Origin: Schmidtea nova
Lineage: Eukaryota
Assembly: GCA_044892505.1 (NCBI GenBank)
Contig: CM097883.1
Location: 275,342,001 to 275,406,000, forward strand
Length of the DNA stretch: 64,000 nt
Reading direction: 5' to 3'
Part shown: piece by piece, positions 1-12,454 of the stretch
Position numbering within the stretch: the first letter of the stretch is position 1
Layout: each line of letters begins with the position of its first letter
Position numbers and translations under genes: made by a program
The notes under the pieces: model-generated
Seen by the model: the letters and a program-made list of their open reading frames with translations, nothing else
Databases searched by the model: none
Told to the model about the DNA's origin: nothing

Positions 1-470
1 TTATTTAGAATTATTGTTAATGAATAAAAATATAAAAATTACAAAAATGCTGTAAATAAATGTTCGATTATTAACAAATATAAAAAAGATAAAAAAATTA
101 TAAAAAATTCTGTAAATAACTGGCTGATTATTTTATTATTTATTTAGAAAATGTCAAATATTATTGAATATAAAAAATATAAAAATCATAAAAATCATAA
201 AAATTTACAAAAAATTCTCGGTAAATAAATGTTTGATTATTTATTATTTATTTTGAATAAATGGCTGATTATTATTATTATTTGAAAAATGTCGATTATT
301 GATAAATACAAAAATACAAAATTTTATGGTCGATAAATGGCTGAATATGTTATTATTGATAATTTCGAAAAAATATAAAAATACAAAAATTGTGTATATA
401 AATATCTGAGTATTTTATTATTATTTATTTTATTGGAAAGTTAATAAATGGTCAACTTATTTTGATTAGA
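1..470. repeat. Degenerate AT-rich tandem sub-repeat region (recurring aaatggctgattatt / aaatgtcgattatt plus A-rich spacers)
   Basis: Variants of 'aaat(g/gg)(c/t)(t/c)gattatt' recur about every 55-60 nt, separated by 'ataaaaa' runs. Confidence 0.55.
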
Positions 471-525
471 TAACCGTAAATAAGAATTAGAAAATTATAA
501 AAATTGGTCATTACTAATATTTTAG

Positions 526-1008
526 ATGGAATCGACTGAACAGATTTTAGAACGAATCGAGTTGTTTTTCGAGTTTAAAAATCACCCATTGGAGGTATTG
601 AGCGAGAAACTTGAGCGGGTAAACGAAATAAGAGACGAATTATTATTGAAACCTAGGCCTCAATCTGAGAATTTAGTTGTGATTGTTGGAATCGCAGGAG
701 TAGCAAATGATATTTCGCTAGAGACGATTTACGAATTTCAACGATTACGACTGAAAAATCCGATCTTCAACGTTAAAATACGAAAATGGATCGATAAAAT
801 CGATAAAATTATGGACGAGTTAGAAAAATTGATAAATCAACAAGTCGAGACGTTCGAAAAATGTTATATTTGTCGCCAAAAAGAAGCGAATGTTTTGTTC
901 ATGCCATGTGGGCATTTGTGCTACTGCCAGGAGTGTTCTGGTGAATTGAGTAGATGTGTAATCTGTAAACAAACAGTAAATGAAAAAGTTGTTGTATATT
1001 ATTCGTAA
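526..1008 (+). CDS. 160-aa protein with C-terminal C3HC4 RING finger (IAP/MDM2-type); single exon in this window
   Basis: CYIC...VLFMPCGHLCYCQECSGELSRCVICKQ has RING cysteine/histidine spacing and the PCGH motif; 'attttag' acceptor abuts the ATG. Confidence 0.8.
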   Translation: MESTEQILERIELFFEFKNHPLEVLSEKLERVNEIRDELLLKPRPQSENLVVIVGIAGVANDISLETIYEFQRLRLKNPIFNVKIRKWIDKIDKIMDELEKLINQQVETFEKCYICRQKEANVLFMPCGHLCYCQECSGELSRCVICKQTVNEKVVVYYS

Positions 1009-1432
1009 AGACTGTCATTAAAAAATAAATGTCTTGAGCCTTGTCGAACTTCGTTGAGCGTCCAGTCATCGTGAACCATTAACTAAACATAAAAACTTTA
1101 GGATATTAATGATTGAGAAAAATCGTCGAACATAACAAGAAACGGCTAATGCCAAAAAATCAAACACTAGGAAAATGGGGAAATGTGACAGGGTTTTCTT
1201 TTCTTTTAGCTTTTTCGTTTAAAAATTTCTTGTATCATTATTATAAAGTTTCCTTATCATTATTATATTGATTTTATTTGATTAAGTAATAGAACGAGAG
1301 ACGAGTTTTATTACCAGAACGTTGATTTTGATAAGGGGGAAATGAGTAAAAACTAAGAGAGAAATAAGCTTAGGAGTAGAGCACAAGAAGGTAGTACGCG
1401 AAATAGATATCTGCAATTAAATTGTGTAAGAA

Positions 1433-1666
1433 GGGACAAAATGGGCATTAAACCTTCTATCGGTAGCCCTTGGACCCAGGAGTTATTCGGTCAATCATAG
1501 TTTCGAATTTTCGACGCTTACTGATTGCGAATACCCACCCATTTGTTGCATTACCAACGTTACATTGTGACGAGCAACAAGATGGTTATTCTAATGTTTT
1601 ATGTGTTGAGTTGTTGATGAGAGCCATAGCAACGTCAAGGTCATATTGACGATCAACAACCCACCA
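1433..1666 (-). ncRNA. Copy A of an unidentified ~234-nt structured repeat
   Basis: Reverse complement aligns end to end (TGGTGGG...GTCCC) with 7096-7329, 49630-49866 and 53367-53592; several stems visible by eye. Confidence 0.6.
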
Positions 1667-3487
1667 GTTTTCAATATGGTAACAATTTGTTATCTAATAC
1701 AATATTGATTTTTGAATTTAACTGGAATTTCTGAAATTTCACGTTTGCTATCAGGTAAATTTGATGATTTTATATTTCGTTTTTTATATTCATTAGCCTG
1801 CAGTCGACATCATCTACATTCCTCCCAGTCACTCTTCAGCAACTGTTTCAGGATCAACTACCATAGAGTTCCTAATGATTTCGAGATTCTTCTCCGACAG
1901 TGAGTTACTTAAGTATTTCATTTTCACTTTTATGTTTTTATCCCTCTTTTAGTGAACAGACACACCACTATTCATCTCCAACTGCTTTATCGTGTAGATT
2001 CCTGTGCTCATCAATCTCGTGGATTTATTTTTGAAAATATTTTGTGGTCGTCTATCCATCAACTCTGGAATTTATTTCTGAATTCAAATTGCTTTCTCGC
2101 TCTATGGAATTTTTCAAGAGGGAATTTTATTTTTTCGAAAATGCTTGTGATCGAGTTTTGTTGTGATAAGCTTGTGAATAAACTTGGTCTTACTTATTTT
2201 GATTTTCAAGGTTAATAGATTTTGATGATAGCGTATTTTATTCGTTAGTATAACAAATTTTCTAATAATTAACTTGACAAAATTCTTAATAATATTTCGA
2301 TCTAGGAAGGTTTTTCATGTAGATCATTGAAAAATAAAAGGGTCTAAATATAAAGCACTTCTTAAACAATAAAATACATAATGACATAACGGTAATAAAA
2401 TAGATTAATGACATAATAGTAATATAATGATATAATGATAATATAACAAATACCATATAATAATTTCATGAGAGGCTTACAAATATCATCATTTAAACTA
2501 TATGGTTAGAAATCTAGGGGAAATTAGGTTACTATAACGATAGGGTGTTGCATTTGCAAGTAAGATGAGTGTAGGATGTTGATGAATGAATTAATGTAAT
2601 CTGAATGCAGTTATGGATGTACGGAGAAAATAGAGTCCCATGGGTGATGCATTGGGTGTGGATGTAGATTGCTGAGTGGATTTAATTAATTTATATCTAG
2701 GGATGTTGTTTGATGTAAATAAATTATGGTAATGGATATTGGGCTATGTAAGTATTTGATTTATGAAATTATGTGATTTGAAATGAATTGTAACATAGGT
2801 CGTTGTGATTTAAGGTGAATTGATGATCTTGGATGTAGCAGTTGAAAATTAATAAGTATACATATTTTCTAAATAAAATGAAGAACTCTAACTGTGATAA
2901 TTTGAATATAGAATACGCTGTTATATGAGATGGATGTGAATGAGTGAGTATTAATGAGAATTTCCTGGATGTGTTTAGCTGATGGATGTTATCGAATGAA
3001 ATGATGTAGTATGTGTGTCGGTAAATGAATGGATTGTCTGGTGGGGTATTAATATAGATAGTGTTAATGAATGATATGGATGTAATATATTGCAAAATAT
3101 AATCATTCCGTGATATCGTGAGGGGTATTTTACAATATATATAAAAAATAATTTTAAAAGTAAAATAATAATTGTAATGCTTTAATGTTAATATTTGTTA
3201 ATAAGAACCTGTAGAGCCCGAGAGAGTCTTCCAAAAAAACGAATCGTGTGGAGACACTCGGGGTGTGTGCTTGTATAATGTTGGGTTCTACAACAATTCA
3301 AAATCTGAAAATGAATAACAAAATTTAAATAATAAACTATATTTTTTTTACAAAAACCGTATTTAGGAAAAATCAAAATTCTAAAACCACGAAACATTAC
3401 TTTAATTCGGTGGAATTATTTCTTAGGGTATTGTCTTAGCAATTTACTTTCTGATCCTCTTTGATAAATATCAGATTTTTAATTGAA

Positions 3488-3690
3488 TCTTTAATATCGA
3501 TGGAAATATTTTTTTTGGGGGATTGACTTGATGCATAACTGATTCGTAAATCTTTAATATCGGTGGAAATATTTCTTTGTGGATTGTCTTGATGAATAGC
3601 GGATTCGTAAATCTTTAATATCGGTGGAAATATTTCTTTGTGGATTGTCTTGGTGAATAACGGATTCGTAAATCTTTAATATCGGTGGAA
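3488..3690. repeat. 61-bp tandem repeat, about 3.3 copies, with a degenerate copy near 3400
   Basis: 'tctttaatatcg(g/a)tggaa' starts at 3488, 3551, 3612 and 3673. Confidence 0.9.
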
Positions 3691-4914
3691 TGGAAAATAA
3701 TAGATAATTGGTTGTAGGACTGGAGCCCAGTAAGAAAATTTATTTCCCAAATTCCTGGAATAGAATATTTTTTTAATTCTATAAAGTTATCCTAAAAGGA
3801 ATTGCCAGAAACTTTCATTTATTAGCATTATCATGATAATAATTTTTTTTGTGGGTATTGATTTTTTTATATTTGTTAATTTGGCTTACTATAGCAATTT
3901 TCTATAGCAAGCCAAATTTGAATTTAAAATTGAAATAAAAAAAATAATTCCCAAACACAATTCCCCTAAATAATAAAAGGGGGCTCCGATATCCACAATA
4001 CTATCCACAATAACAATAACCCCAACAATACCAATCATTCCTGAACACAAAAATAATTATAATATAATTTTTCTACATAAAACTAAATTTGGAGTTCCGT
4101 AAAATTTATATAATAATAAAAAATTTTGATTTACAATTATTATTTTCTAATAATTCAAGCTAAATTTTTACATATTATATTATTTATAAAAGTAAATTTT
4201 ATGTTTTACAAAAGTTTATTCCGATTTTATATGAACTTTCAAAATAAAATATATATAAAATTTCAAGACGGTTCTTTTGGCGATCTCGAATACTCAAAAT
4301 TTTAGATGCAATATTTAGAAAAATTTTTATCAATAATGTTTACGATTTAGAATAAAATTCACGGAATATCATTAAGCATAATCTGTAAGCATAATTCGAT
4401 ATAACATTTCTATTACTCTTTCGGTTATTATTTATGAGCTTTTTATACATTTGACTTTCTAAATGATTCTGTGAATTTTTTGATAATGAAGTAAAGACGA
4501 CGTTCATTGAGTGAAGTCGATTTATGAGATAATACATATTTTCGATTTATCTTTATTATGTAAGAATTTTTATGTAGCTATAAGAGTTATACAATTCGAT
4601 ATAAATAAGTATAAATACAATACTATAAATACAATATTCATTTGCGTCTTTGAATACCGTATCGCACTTTAATAAAAATGTATTATGATTCTAGACGTTA
4701 ATTATTTTGAACAGACCTTGTGCTTGGTCAAGCCACTACTCCTCATATAGCCAGGTATGAGATGAAGCTTTATTGGATGTTTGCGCTCACTTCAATGAAA
4801 ATATGAATCAGAACACTGAAACGACTCCAGCGAACTGATGATTCACCAAAGCGACTAATGAAGGTACAACGACTAGGTGAACCATCATTAGACGTATGTA
4901 AATACTTTTAATGA

Positions 4915-4989
<75 letters not shown>

Positions 4990-4991
<2 letters not shown>

Positions 4992-5789
4992 GGTGTCCAA
5001 ATGTACTCATTTACTGAGTTTTGTACTCTTTTTTTCGCAAACCGTACTCTTTTCAAATCCTGTACTCTGAAAGTACTCATTTGTATTTCTAAAACATTTT
5101 GAAAGGGTATTTTTACTGGGGAATGGTTATTGGAGCAGTGAGAAGTCGCAACTTTCAGTAAAAACATTATCTGCCGTCTTAACAGTCAAATTTAATATGC
5201 AAAATGAAAGTTGTTTTGATGTGGCTACTTTATTAGACGAACATCCTCATTTAGCAAAAAAAATCCACTCCGAAGAAAAATATGTTTTTAAAAGAAAATA
5301 AAGTTTTGTCGTTTTTTCTTCTTTTTTTTCACCTATGAAATACTTGCAAAGTATACTCTTTTTGAACAAAAAATAGTTGGTCACCTTAGTTAAGACGGCA
5401 GATAATGTTTTTACTGAAAGTTGCGACTTCTCACTGCTCCAATAATCATTCCCCAATGAAAATACCCTTTCAAAATGTTTTAGAAATACAAATGAGTACT
5501 TTCAGAGTACAGGATTTGAAAAGAGTACGGTTTGCGAAAAAAGAGTACAAAACTCAGTAAATGAGTACAGATGGACACCTTATCTTAACAGTCAAATTTA
5601 ATATGCAAAATGAAAGTTGTTTTGATGTGGCTACTTTATTAGACGAACATCCTCATTTAGCAAAAAAAATCCACTCCGAAGAAAAATATGTTTTTAAAAG
5701 AAAATAAAGTTTTGTCGTTTTTTCTTCTTCTTTTTTCACCTATGAAATACTTGCAAAGTGTACTCTTTTTGAACAAAAAATAGTTGGTC

Positions 5790-5794
<5 letters not shown>
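4990..5794. mobile_element. Rearranged MITE between (TA)n tracts; short TIR AAGGTG(T/A)CC; layout arm-core-inverted arm-core
   Basis: ~4990-5183 is the reverse complement of ~5388-5582; the ~200-bp core (agtcaaattt...ggtcacctt) occurs at ~5184-5387 and ~5589-5794. Confidence 0.75.
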
Positions 5795-5854
<60 letters not shown>

Positions 5855-6891
5855 GAATAACAATATAATGATGTTAGTTTGTGAGAAAATGTGACCAAAG
5901 TAAAAAAAAATTTAAATAGAAAATTATAATTTTTCAAAGAATAATAAATACATATTTAACCATACGAAAACACATTACTAAATTTCAAATAAAATTGAAA
6001 TCAATCAAAATACCTACGGCAGAGTAACGAAAGCATGATTCACTATGATTCAAGATCCTTACATAAACACTCATATAGATTCTCCGTTCGGTTCGGATGT
6101 GGTTTAAAGTAAATTGGATTGTATTCGTCCGAGATCACGAATGCGAGTCTTGGATTTTCGCAAAACATCCGGATTCTGTAAGTCAAAAATTGATTGACCG
6201 TTTCTGGAAATCTTCCGAGAGGTTCACTTTCACCCAAATTTATTTTCGAGCAAATTTTTTCTTAAAATTGTACTGCTAAAAACGATTTAAAATTTTTGGC
6301 AAAAATTTTCTTGCAATTCATTCTGACTTCCATTTTGATGGCGGTATATATATTTATTTCAAACTGTTATTATCGTTGATGCATTAAAACAAATTGTTCT
6401 AAAAGGAATTTTCGATTATTTCAAAATTAATTTTAATAATTTTAAACAAAATTTAATTATTATTTTTGCAATCGTATTTTAAGTTTACTTCGTGCACACT
6501 CTCTACATGCTGTATTACCGCGTTATTTAAACAAAATTCAGTTTTCGCCCAACACAACATTACCCTGTTTTTTGGTTATAAGGTACTACTCCCTACTAAG
6601 GTACGATATTATTAAAGTTTTTGGAAGCCCACGATTTTTGTACTATCTTTACAAAGGTACCACTTTTACTAAGGTACTAATTCTACGTTATAATATTTAT
6701 TAAAATATTTTTTAAAAAATTAAGATACTAATAATAAATCAATAATTTTTGTAGTGCCTCCGTCACATATATGTTTATTTATATTTTAACTAATTTTAAT
6801 ATATATTTTAATTATATATACATATCTACATTAAATTAAAAATATAGATATTTATAAAAAAAAGTTTGTTTAAAAGAACAGAAAAGAGATC

Positions 6892-7035
6892 CGATTTGAA
6901 ATCCAAACGCAAGCATTTTACAATAAATTTGAAATCCAAACGCAAGAAATTTACAATAAATTTGAAATCCAAAACGCAAGAAATTTATAATTGATTAGAA
7001 ATCCCAAACGCAAGAAATTTATAAACGCAAAAAAA
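6892..7035. repeat. ~33-bp tandem repeat (aatttgaaatccaaacgcaagaaatttacaata), 4-5 copies
   Basis: Repeated 'aatccaaacgcaag' units directly upstream of structured repeat copy B. Confidence 0.85.
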
Positions 7036-7095
7036 TGGAAAACTCAGAAACGAAGATATTTTTTAAATAAATGTTTATTGAATATTTCTTCTTGT

Positions 7096-7329
7096 TGGTG
7101 GATTGTTGATAGTCAATATGACCTTGACATTGCTATAGCTCTCATCAACAACTCAACACATAAAACATTGAATTAACCATCTTGTTGCCCGTCACAATGT
7201 AACGTTGGTAATTCAACAAATTTGTGGGTATTCGCAATCAGTGAGCGTCGAAAATTCGAAACTATGATTGACCGAATATCTCCTGGGTCCAAGGGCTACC
7301 GATATAAGGTTTAATGCCCATTTTGTCCC
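7096..7329 (+). ncRNA. Copy B of the ~234-nt structured repeat
   Basis: End-to-end similarity to copies A, C and D; flanks unrelated. Confidence 0.6.
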
Positions 7330-8590
7330 TTTGTGCACCATTTAATTTCCGATTCCAAAGTTTGTAAAAATCAAAAGCTTTATCGAGTTAAATTTACTAA
7401 GAAGTCTCAGTTGATTCCCTTCACGTTTGTTCTCCCTTGAATAATAATTTTTGGTTTTCTATCGATTTTTAGTATATTAAAATTACCAAGTAGTTTGAAC
7501 TATGTACTAGGTAGCGTTGATGGTCGATTTTGGGAGAGGAAATTTTGGTTTCGGGGTTTATTTAGGAGCTATTATGGGTTAATTATTATCTTAGGGGTCT
7601 TTGTTGAGTTTTTTAGGTTACTAATGGGTACATATCAAAACCGATTTGGTCAAAGTGAATTATAATCGAATTTGTATGGATGTGGGCGTGTTGTGGTTCG
7701 GTGAGGTAAATTGAAATAAGTTCAGAGGTGTATATGTATATTCTATCGTAAGTTTGAAATGGATGCTCTATTTTTATGATTTTATGTGACTGTGTGTGTT
7801 TGTAAGTTGGGAATGATACTACTGCAATAGGCGATAAACAATGGATGTGATTGTACTAATACTTATGGGGGTTGCCTGGATGTACGATGCTAGTGGATAC
7901 TGTTAGATGAAATCACGTTGTATATGTTGGTGAGTGGGTATGTTGTTTATTGTATTATCTAGTATAGGAGATCCGGCGACGCTCTAGTATAGGGGGCAAT
8001 ATAAATATAAATAAAAAATTAATATAACTTTGTAGATGCCAAAAACTTTTAATGAAAATCTTGATGACATTTTAACATCACACCAAATATAAATAAATTT
8101 TTATTTATATTTATATTGCCCNNNNNNNNNNNNNNNNNNNNNNNNNNNNNNNNNNNNNNNNNNNNNNNNNNNNNNNNNNNNNNNNNNNNNNNNNNNNNNN
8201 NNNNNNNNNNNNNNNNNNNNNNNNNNNNNNNNNNNNNNNNNNNNNNNNNNNNNNNNNNNNNNNNNNNNNNNNNNNNNNNNNNNNNNNNNNNNNNNNNNNN
8301 NNNNNNNNNNNNNNNNNNNNNNNNNNNNNNNNNNNNNNNNNNNNNNNNNNNNNNNNNNNNNNNNNNNNNNNNNATATATAATTTATTTTTAGCAATTTTC
8401 AATCTATATTTAGCGATTCTAAATAGCTAAAACTAATATTTTAAATTAATATCTAAAATTAGCGTTGAGGTTTAAGGGTCTATCCCTAACAGATGTGTGG
8501 CCATTTTACTTTGCATTATCGTTTAATTTAAAAAAAAATTACAAAGGTTAGGATTCAACATTTTAATAACAAATTATTTTTGTTCAATAG

Positions 8591-8884
8591 TCTTTTTCTG
8601 GAGAAAACTTTGTAAACGGTAAATTAAATTTTTTGGAATTTAAATTATTCTTGTATTTTAGATAAAATCAGCAATAACAATGACGATAAAGATGATATAA
8701 TGAGACAATTTGTTGTAAACTTTTTTATTGAAAAGACATTACGGTGAGTTGGGTTAGTTTCCAACCCTTTATTTAAATAAATATATTTTTACTGTGAGAT
8801 ATTTGTAATCCAATCTAATGGAAGGTTTATGTAAAGTTTTGTTTCAGTTATAAGTTACTAAATAGCAATGATAGTGGACTTTAA
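8591..8884 (+). CDS. Possible 3' end of an unidentified spliced gene (exons 8591-8618, 8662-8743, 8848-8884)
   Basis: GT-AG sites with compatible phases give ...SFSGENFVNDKISNNNDDKDDIMRQFVVNFFIEKTLRYKLLNSNDSGL*; no upstream exon fits cleanly and no family recognised. Confidence 0.3.
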
Positions 8885-9430
8885 CTGACTTATATGTGAA
8901 ACATGTATGTCTCGTGTGCGTTAATAGTTCATTAACTTGATAATGGTTGTGCTGAAATATTAGAACTTGTAAAAAAATATTTTTTGATCTAAAGTCATCC
9001 TATTATGAAAATTATTGATAAAAATAAAGAAATCAAAAGAGAAACAAAAAGATAATTATTATACATTGTTTAGTTTATTATCGAGAATAATCTTTATTTG
9101 AAGCAAAACCATGACGTGCCAAGCTTAATTATTTACATAACATGACACAGTTTAAATGATATCAAACTTCAATGATGTAGATATTGTGATTTTATACCGA
9201 AATCTAAATATATTAGACACTTTGACCTTATTTTAGGGATGAAATAATCGTTATATCTTACTTATAATAATAATAGTAAAAGTATCTTCACTCGTAATGT
9301 AAATTATATTTAAAAACAATGCTTCACTTTTTTTAATAGTTAATATTAAAACAATATTATTATTTTAATATTGACACATTTCATAACTATAATAAATTAA
9401 TAAAATTTTACTGCTTAAAGTTTAATTATG

Positions 9431-9434
<4 letters not shown>

Positions 9435-9494
<60 letters not shown>

Positions 9495-9495
9495 T
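9435..9495. repeat. (AAT)n microsatellite; long (TA)n tracts also at ~4918-4988, 5795-5850, 10815-10871, 21216-21287, 33857-33925, 44543-44614, 60868-60947 and 61960-62010
   Basis: Directly visible. Confidence 0.97.
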
Positions 9496-9648
9496 TAAGT
9501 TCAACACAGCTCATAAATCGAAGAAAATTTATAATATTAAGATGTATAGTTTAAGTACCTTGTTTGCTTAATTACTATGGTTACAGTTGCTATGTCGATT
9601 TCAATTTCATAAACTGAATAGGTTTCAAAATTTGTATTTTTCTCGAAA

Positions 9649-10809
9649 ATGTCTCTTATTTCTGAACCAGGTAAGATTATAAAAATTTGCTGAAAAAGAT
9701 AACCAGTAGTCTTTTAGTTGCTAGAAGTTGTGAAAAATCTCAAGACGAACCTGGTGAAGTTTTAGTAATAATATTATTCGATGCAACTCTTACAAAATCA
9801 TTTTGTAACACAATGATAAAGGAAAAGAATATTATTAGAAATTATGGAAATGGACAAATGGTTGGATTTGGTGAAGAAGTAGGCAGATTAAATTACTTTA
9901 TATTTATCATAATCGCGTTCAAGATATATACTGTTTATAAGAGACTGCATATCTAAATTTTGTATGCTAAAAATAAAAAAATTAATAATTTCTTTAATTA
10001 ATTTAGAACATTTTTTGACAAAATTTGATCTAGTCTTTATATAAATAAGTAAATGAAAATTAATTAAATATACAAAAAGAGATAAAAATGTCACCAAATA
10101 TATATAACTTGAACTTTTTATTAAATTGAAATGAATTTTTTAAATAAAAAATCGGTTTTTGTCAAATTCTACGATAAACAAGCTCATAACGTCGGTAATC
10201 ATTCAGTGTGTAATTTTTTGTGCGAAATTTTAGTTTGAAAAATTAATATTTGAAGAATATAATTTTAATACGAATGATGATATTTTATAATGATAGTTTT
10301 ATAATTGTCGGCCCACTATACCTGCGAAAAAAAGTGTTTCAGTTTGCGTTTTCGTTTAAATTATTTTATTTTTATATTTTACAAATAATAAAATTTTAAT
10401 GTATTTACCTAAATTTTGTTAACTAGTTGATAAATGTTTACTTTCTCATTAACTAATGGATATTTCCAAATAGAAAAACATTTCAAATAGTATGCCTATT
10501 TTTATTTTTTGGGTTATAGTTAAATTAAAGAATAGCTGTCAAATAATGATCAGAAATTGGTTGATGCTCCTGAAAAACCTACTGATGAGTTTGATTTAGC
10601 TGATAAAAAAATTTTTCGTGAAAAGCTTTAATTTTAAGATGTCAATTATAATTGTAACAAATTTATGAAAATATATAAATCAAACACACTTGAAAAAGGC
10701 TGTATCGAAAATTTGAGTCCCATTTTTGAAAAATAATTTTATTTAGTCTTTAAAAAATGAAAATTTTTGAAATAGAAATGAAATAATCAAAGGTGAAAAT
10801 AAGAAATAA

Positions 10810-10875
<66 letters not shown>

Positions 10876-11647
10876 CTTCTTATTACTTACATATTTGAAG
10901 CGTCCAAATAATAAGTCTATTTTTAATTAATATTGGTCATATTATTGAACAGTATAGGTTAAATATATTAAATATAATTGGATATATCCGTCAGAAAAAT
11001 ATTTTCAACATATTGTAAATTTTTTTGATTTATAATTCAAAATCAATAAAAGGATTTTTCCAAAATTTCGTGTTAAATAAAAAAAATAAAATATTGATTG
11101 ATAGTCTGAAAATAAATGAAAAAAGAATTTGAAAATGAAAACTGATTAATGACGAAAAAGTTGAAATATTTTACTTCATCTCTAATTTTCTAGATTAAAC
11201 ATATTGATGGAAATTGGCCTCAGAAATATACGATTGGATTATTAAGATTCGATACAATAAAAGATGCCAAGAAATGGAATTTTAGTGATCCTTTAACAAA
11301 GCAACAAGACTGGCTAGATCAAGTGGAAATTTATGTAATCCCAACGCTTAAACCTTTCCCGAAAAGTAAATTAAAGTCTGCGAAATATTTTATTTTAAAA
11401 ATTAGAAGAATATCAGGTTATGGAACTTTTCAACTGCGATATAATCAACGAGGAACAATTTTACAGCAAATTTCTAGCTTCATATAAATCTGCAATTGAT
11501 GCAAATGGATGCGATAACTTCATTGCATGTACTGATAAAGTAGAAAGATGGCGTGGTCGCCATAATTTCTGCCATGTTATGATTTCCCTTTGGCCATCGT
11601 TAGATGATTATATGAACTGGAGGAATTCGGGTAATTTCAAAAAATAA
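9649..11647 (+). CDS. Tandem DUF1330-like (dimeric alpha-beta barrel) protein, about 198 aa; exons 9649-9670, 9718-9878, 11194-11365, 11406-11647
   Basis: All splice phases match (introns 47, 1315 and 40 nt). The spliced product reads IRNYGNGQMVGFGEE|IKHIDGNWPQKYTIGLLRFDTIKDAKKW and DKVERWRG...VMISLWPSLDDYMNWRNS, each resembling the DUF1330 pattern (Y)GG...LEGxW...VIEFPS..A..WY.S. The last exon could instead use a donor at ~11632. Confidence 0.7.
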
Positions 11648-11797
11648 GAACAATTTTACTAGGCACAAAACCATTTGGACAATTCCACTCGGTACAATTT
11701 TACTAGTAGAATTGTATCTAACAATTTACAATTAACTTAATTCCACTTGGAAATATTTGAATTATAATCTATCATTTGATTGGCAACCCTCTCTGAC

Positions 11798-12454
11798 CAG
11801 GGCTGACTCTAACATTAGTAGCGCCTCCATGCAAAACTCATTTTAGAAGCCTATTTTCTATGAGTATTATTTTATTGGTTGTTTTGGACCTACGTAATTC
11901 AATTGGCAATGTTAAATTTGTAAAAAAAACATTAAGAAATTACTTCTAAACTAGAAGTAAAGATAAAAATAATTAAATAATACCCACCGAATAATAATTC
12001 AATTCCGCAAAATAACTAAACATGTACTGAACACTTTTACTATGAAATTTTAATATAAAGTTTTTCTTTATTAGTGAAATATGTTTGCACTTATTGAACA
12101 GATTAAAAACTGAATATAACTGGTAGACTTTTAAAACAATTTTTTTAGGAAATACATATAGCATTAATTTTTTTAATCGAAATAACTAAACTTAATATAA
12201 TAGTCTATTTCATAATAAATTTGTACATGTATAATTGATTTTTTTGCGAAATAACTAAACAATTCTTAAACATTTTGAAAACTAATAGGTGCGTAGTTTT
12301 TCATTAAAATTTTATTTTAAAAAAATTGTTTTAAAAATTTTTTAGTGGTTTTTTATATATTAAATAAAGACTAAAATTCTACTTTTAAAAGCGTCCTTTG
12401 TAAGAGGTCCCCCTGTTGATTTGCATCCATCGCTTCCAGCTATAACCGGTACTG
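11798..12454. mobile_element. hAT-type MITE
   Basis: Degenerate TIRs CAGGGCTGACTCTA / CAGTACCGGTTATA; 8-bp TSD tctctgac / actctgac (7/8). Confidence 0.65.

Noticed and set aside
1433-1666. Structured repeat as SRP RNA, group I intron, twister, pistol or hammerhead
   Set aside because: Only short word matches (CCCAGGAGTT, AATCAGTAAG, TAAGCG, TTGATGAG); the required cores and pairings could not be built
4830-4895. Hammerhead at CTGATGA 4835
   Set aside because: No GAAA after a closable stem II
6043-6279. Short ORFs at 6043-6237 and 6097-6279, and similar 60-100-aa ORFs elsewhere
   Set aside because: No recognisable motifs; lengths compatible with chance or decayed repeats
7096-7176. Structured repeat as protein-coding sequence (WWIVDSQYDLDIAIALINN)
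   Set aside because: Frames are interrupted by stops and indels that differ between copies, while base-pairing is better preserved
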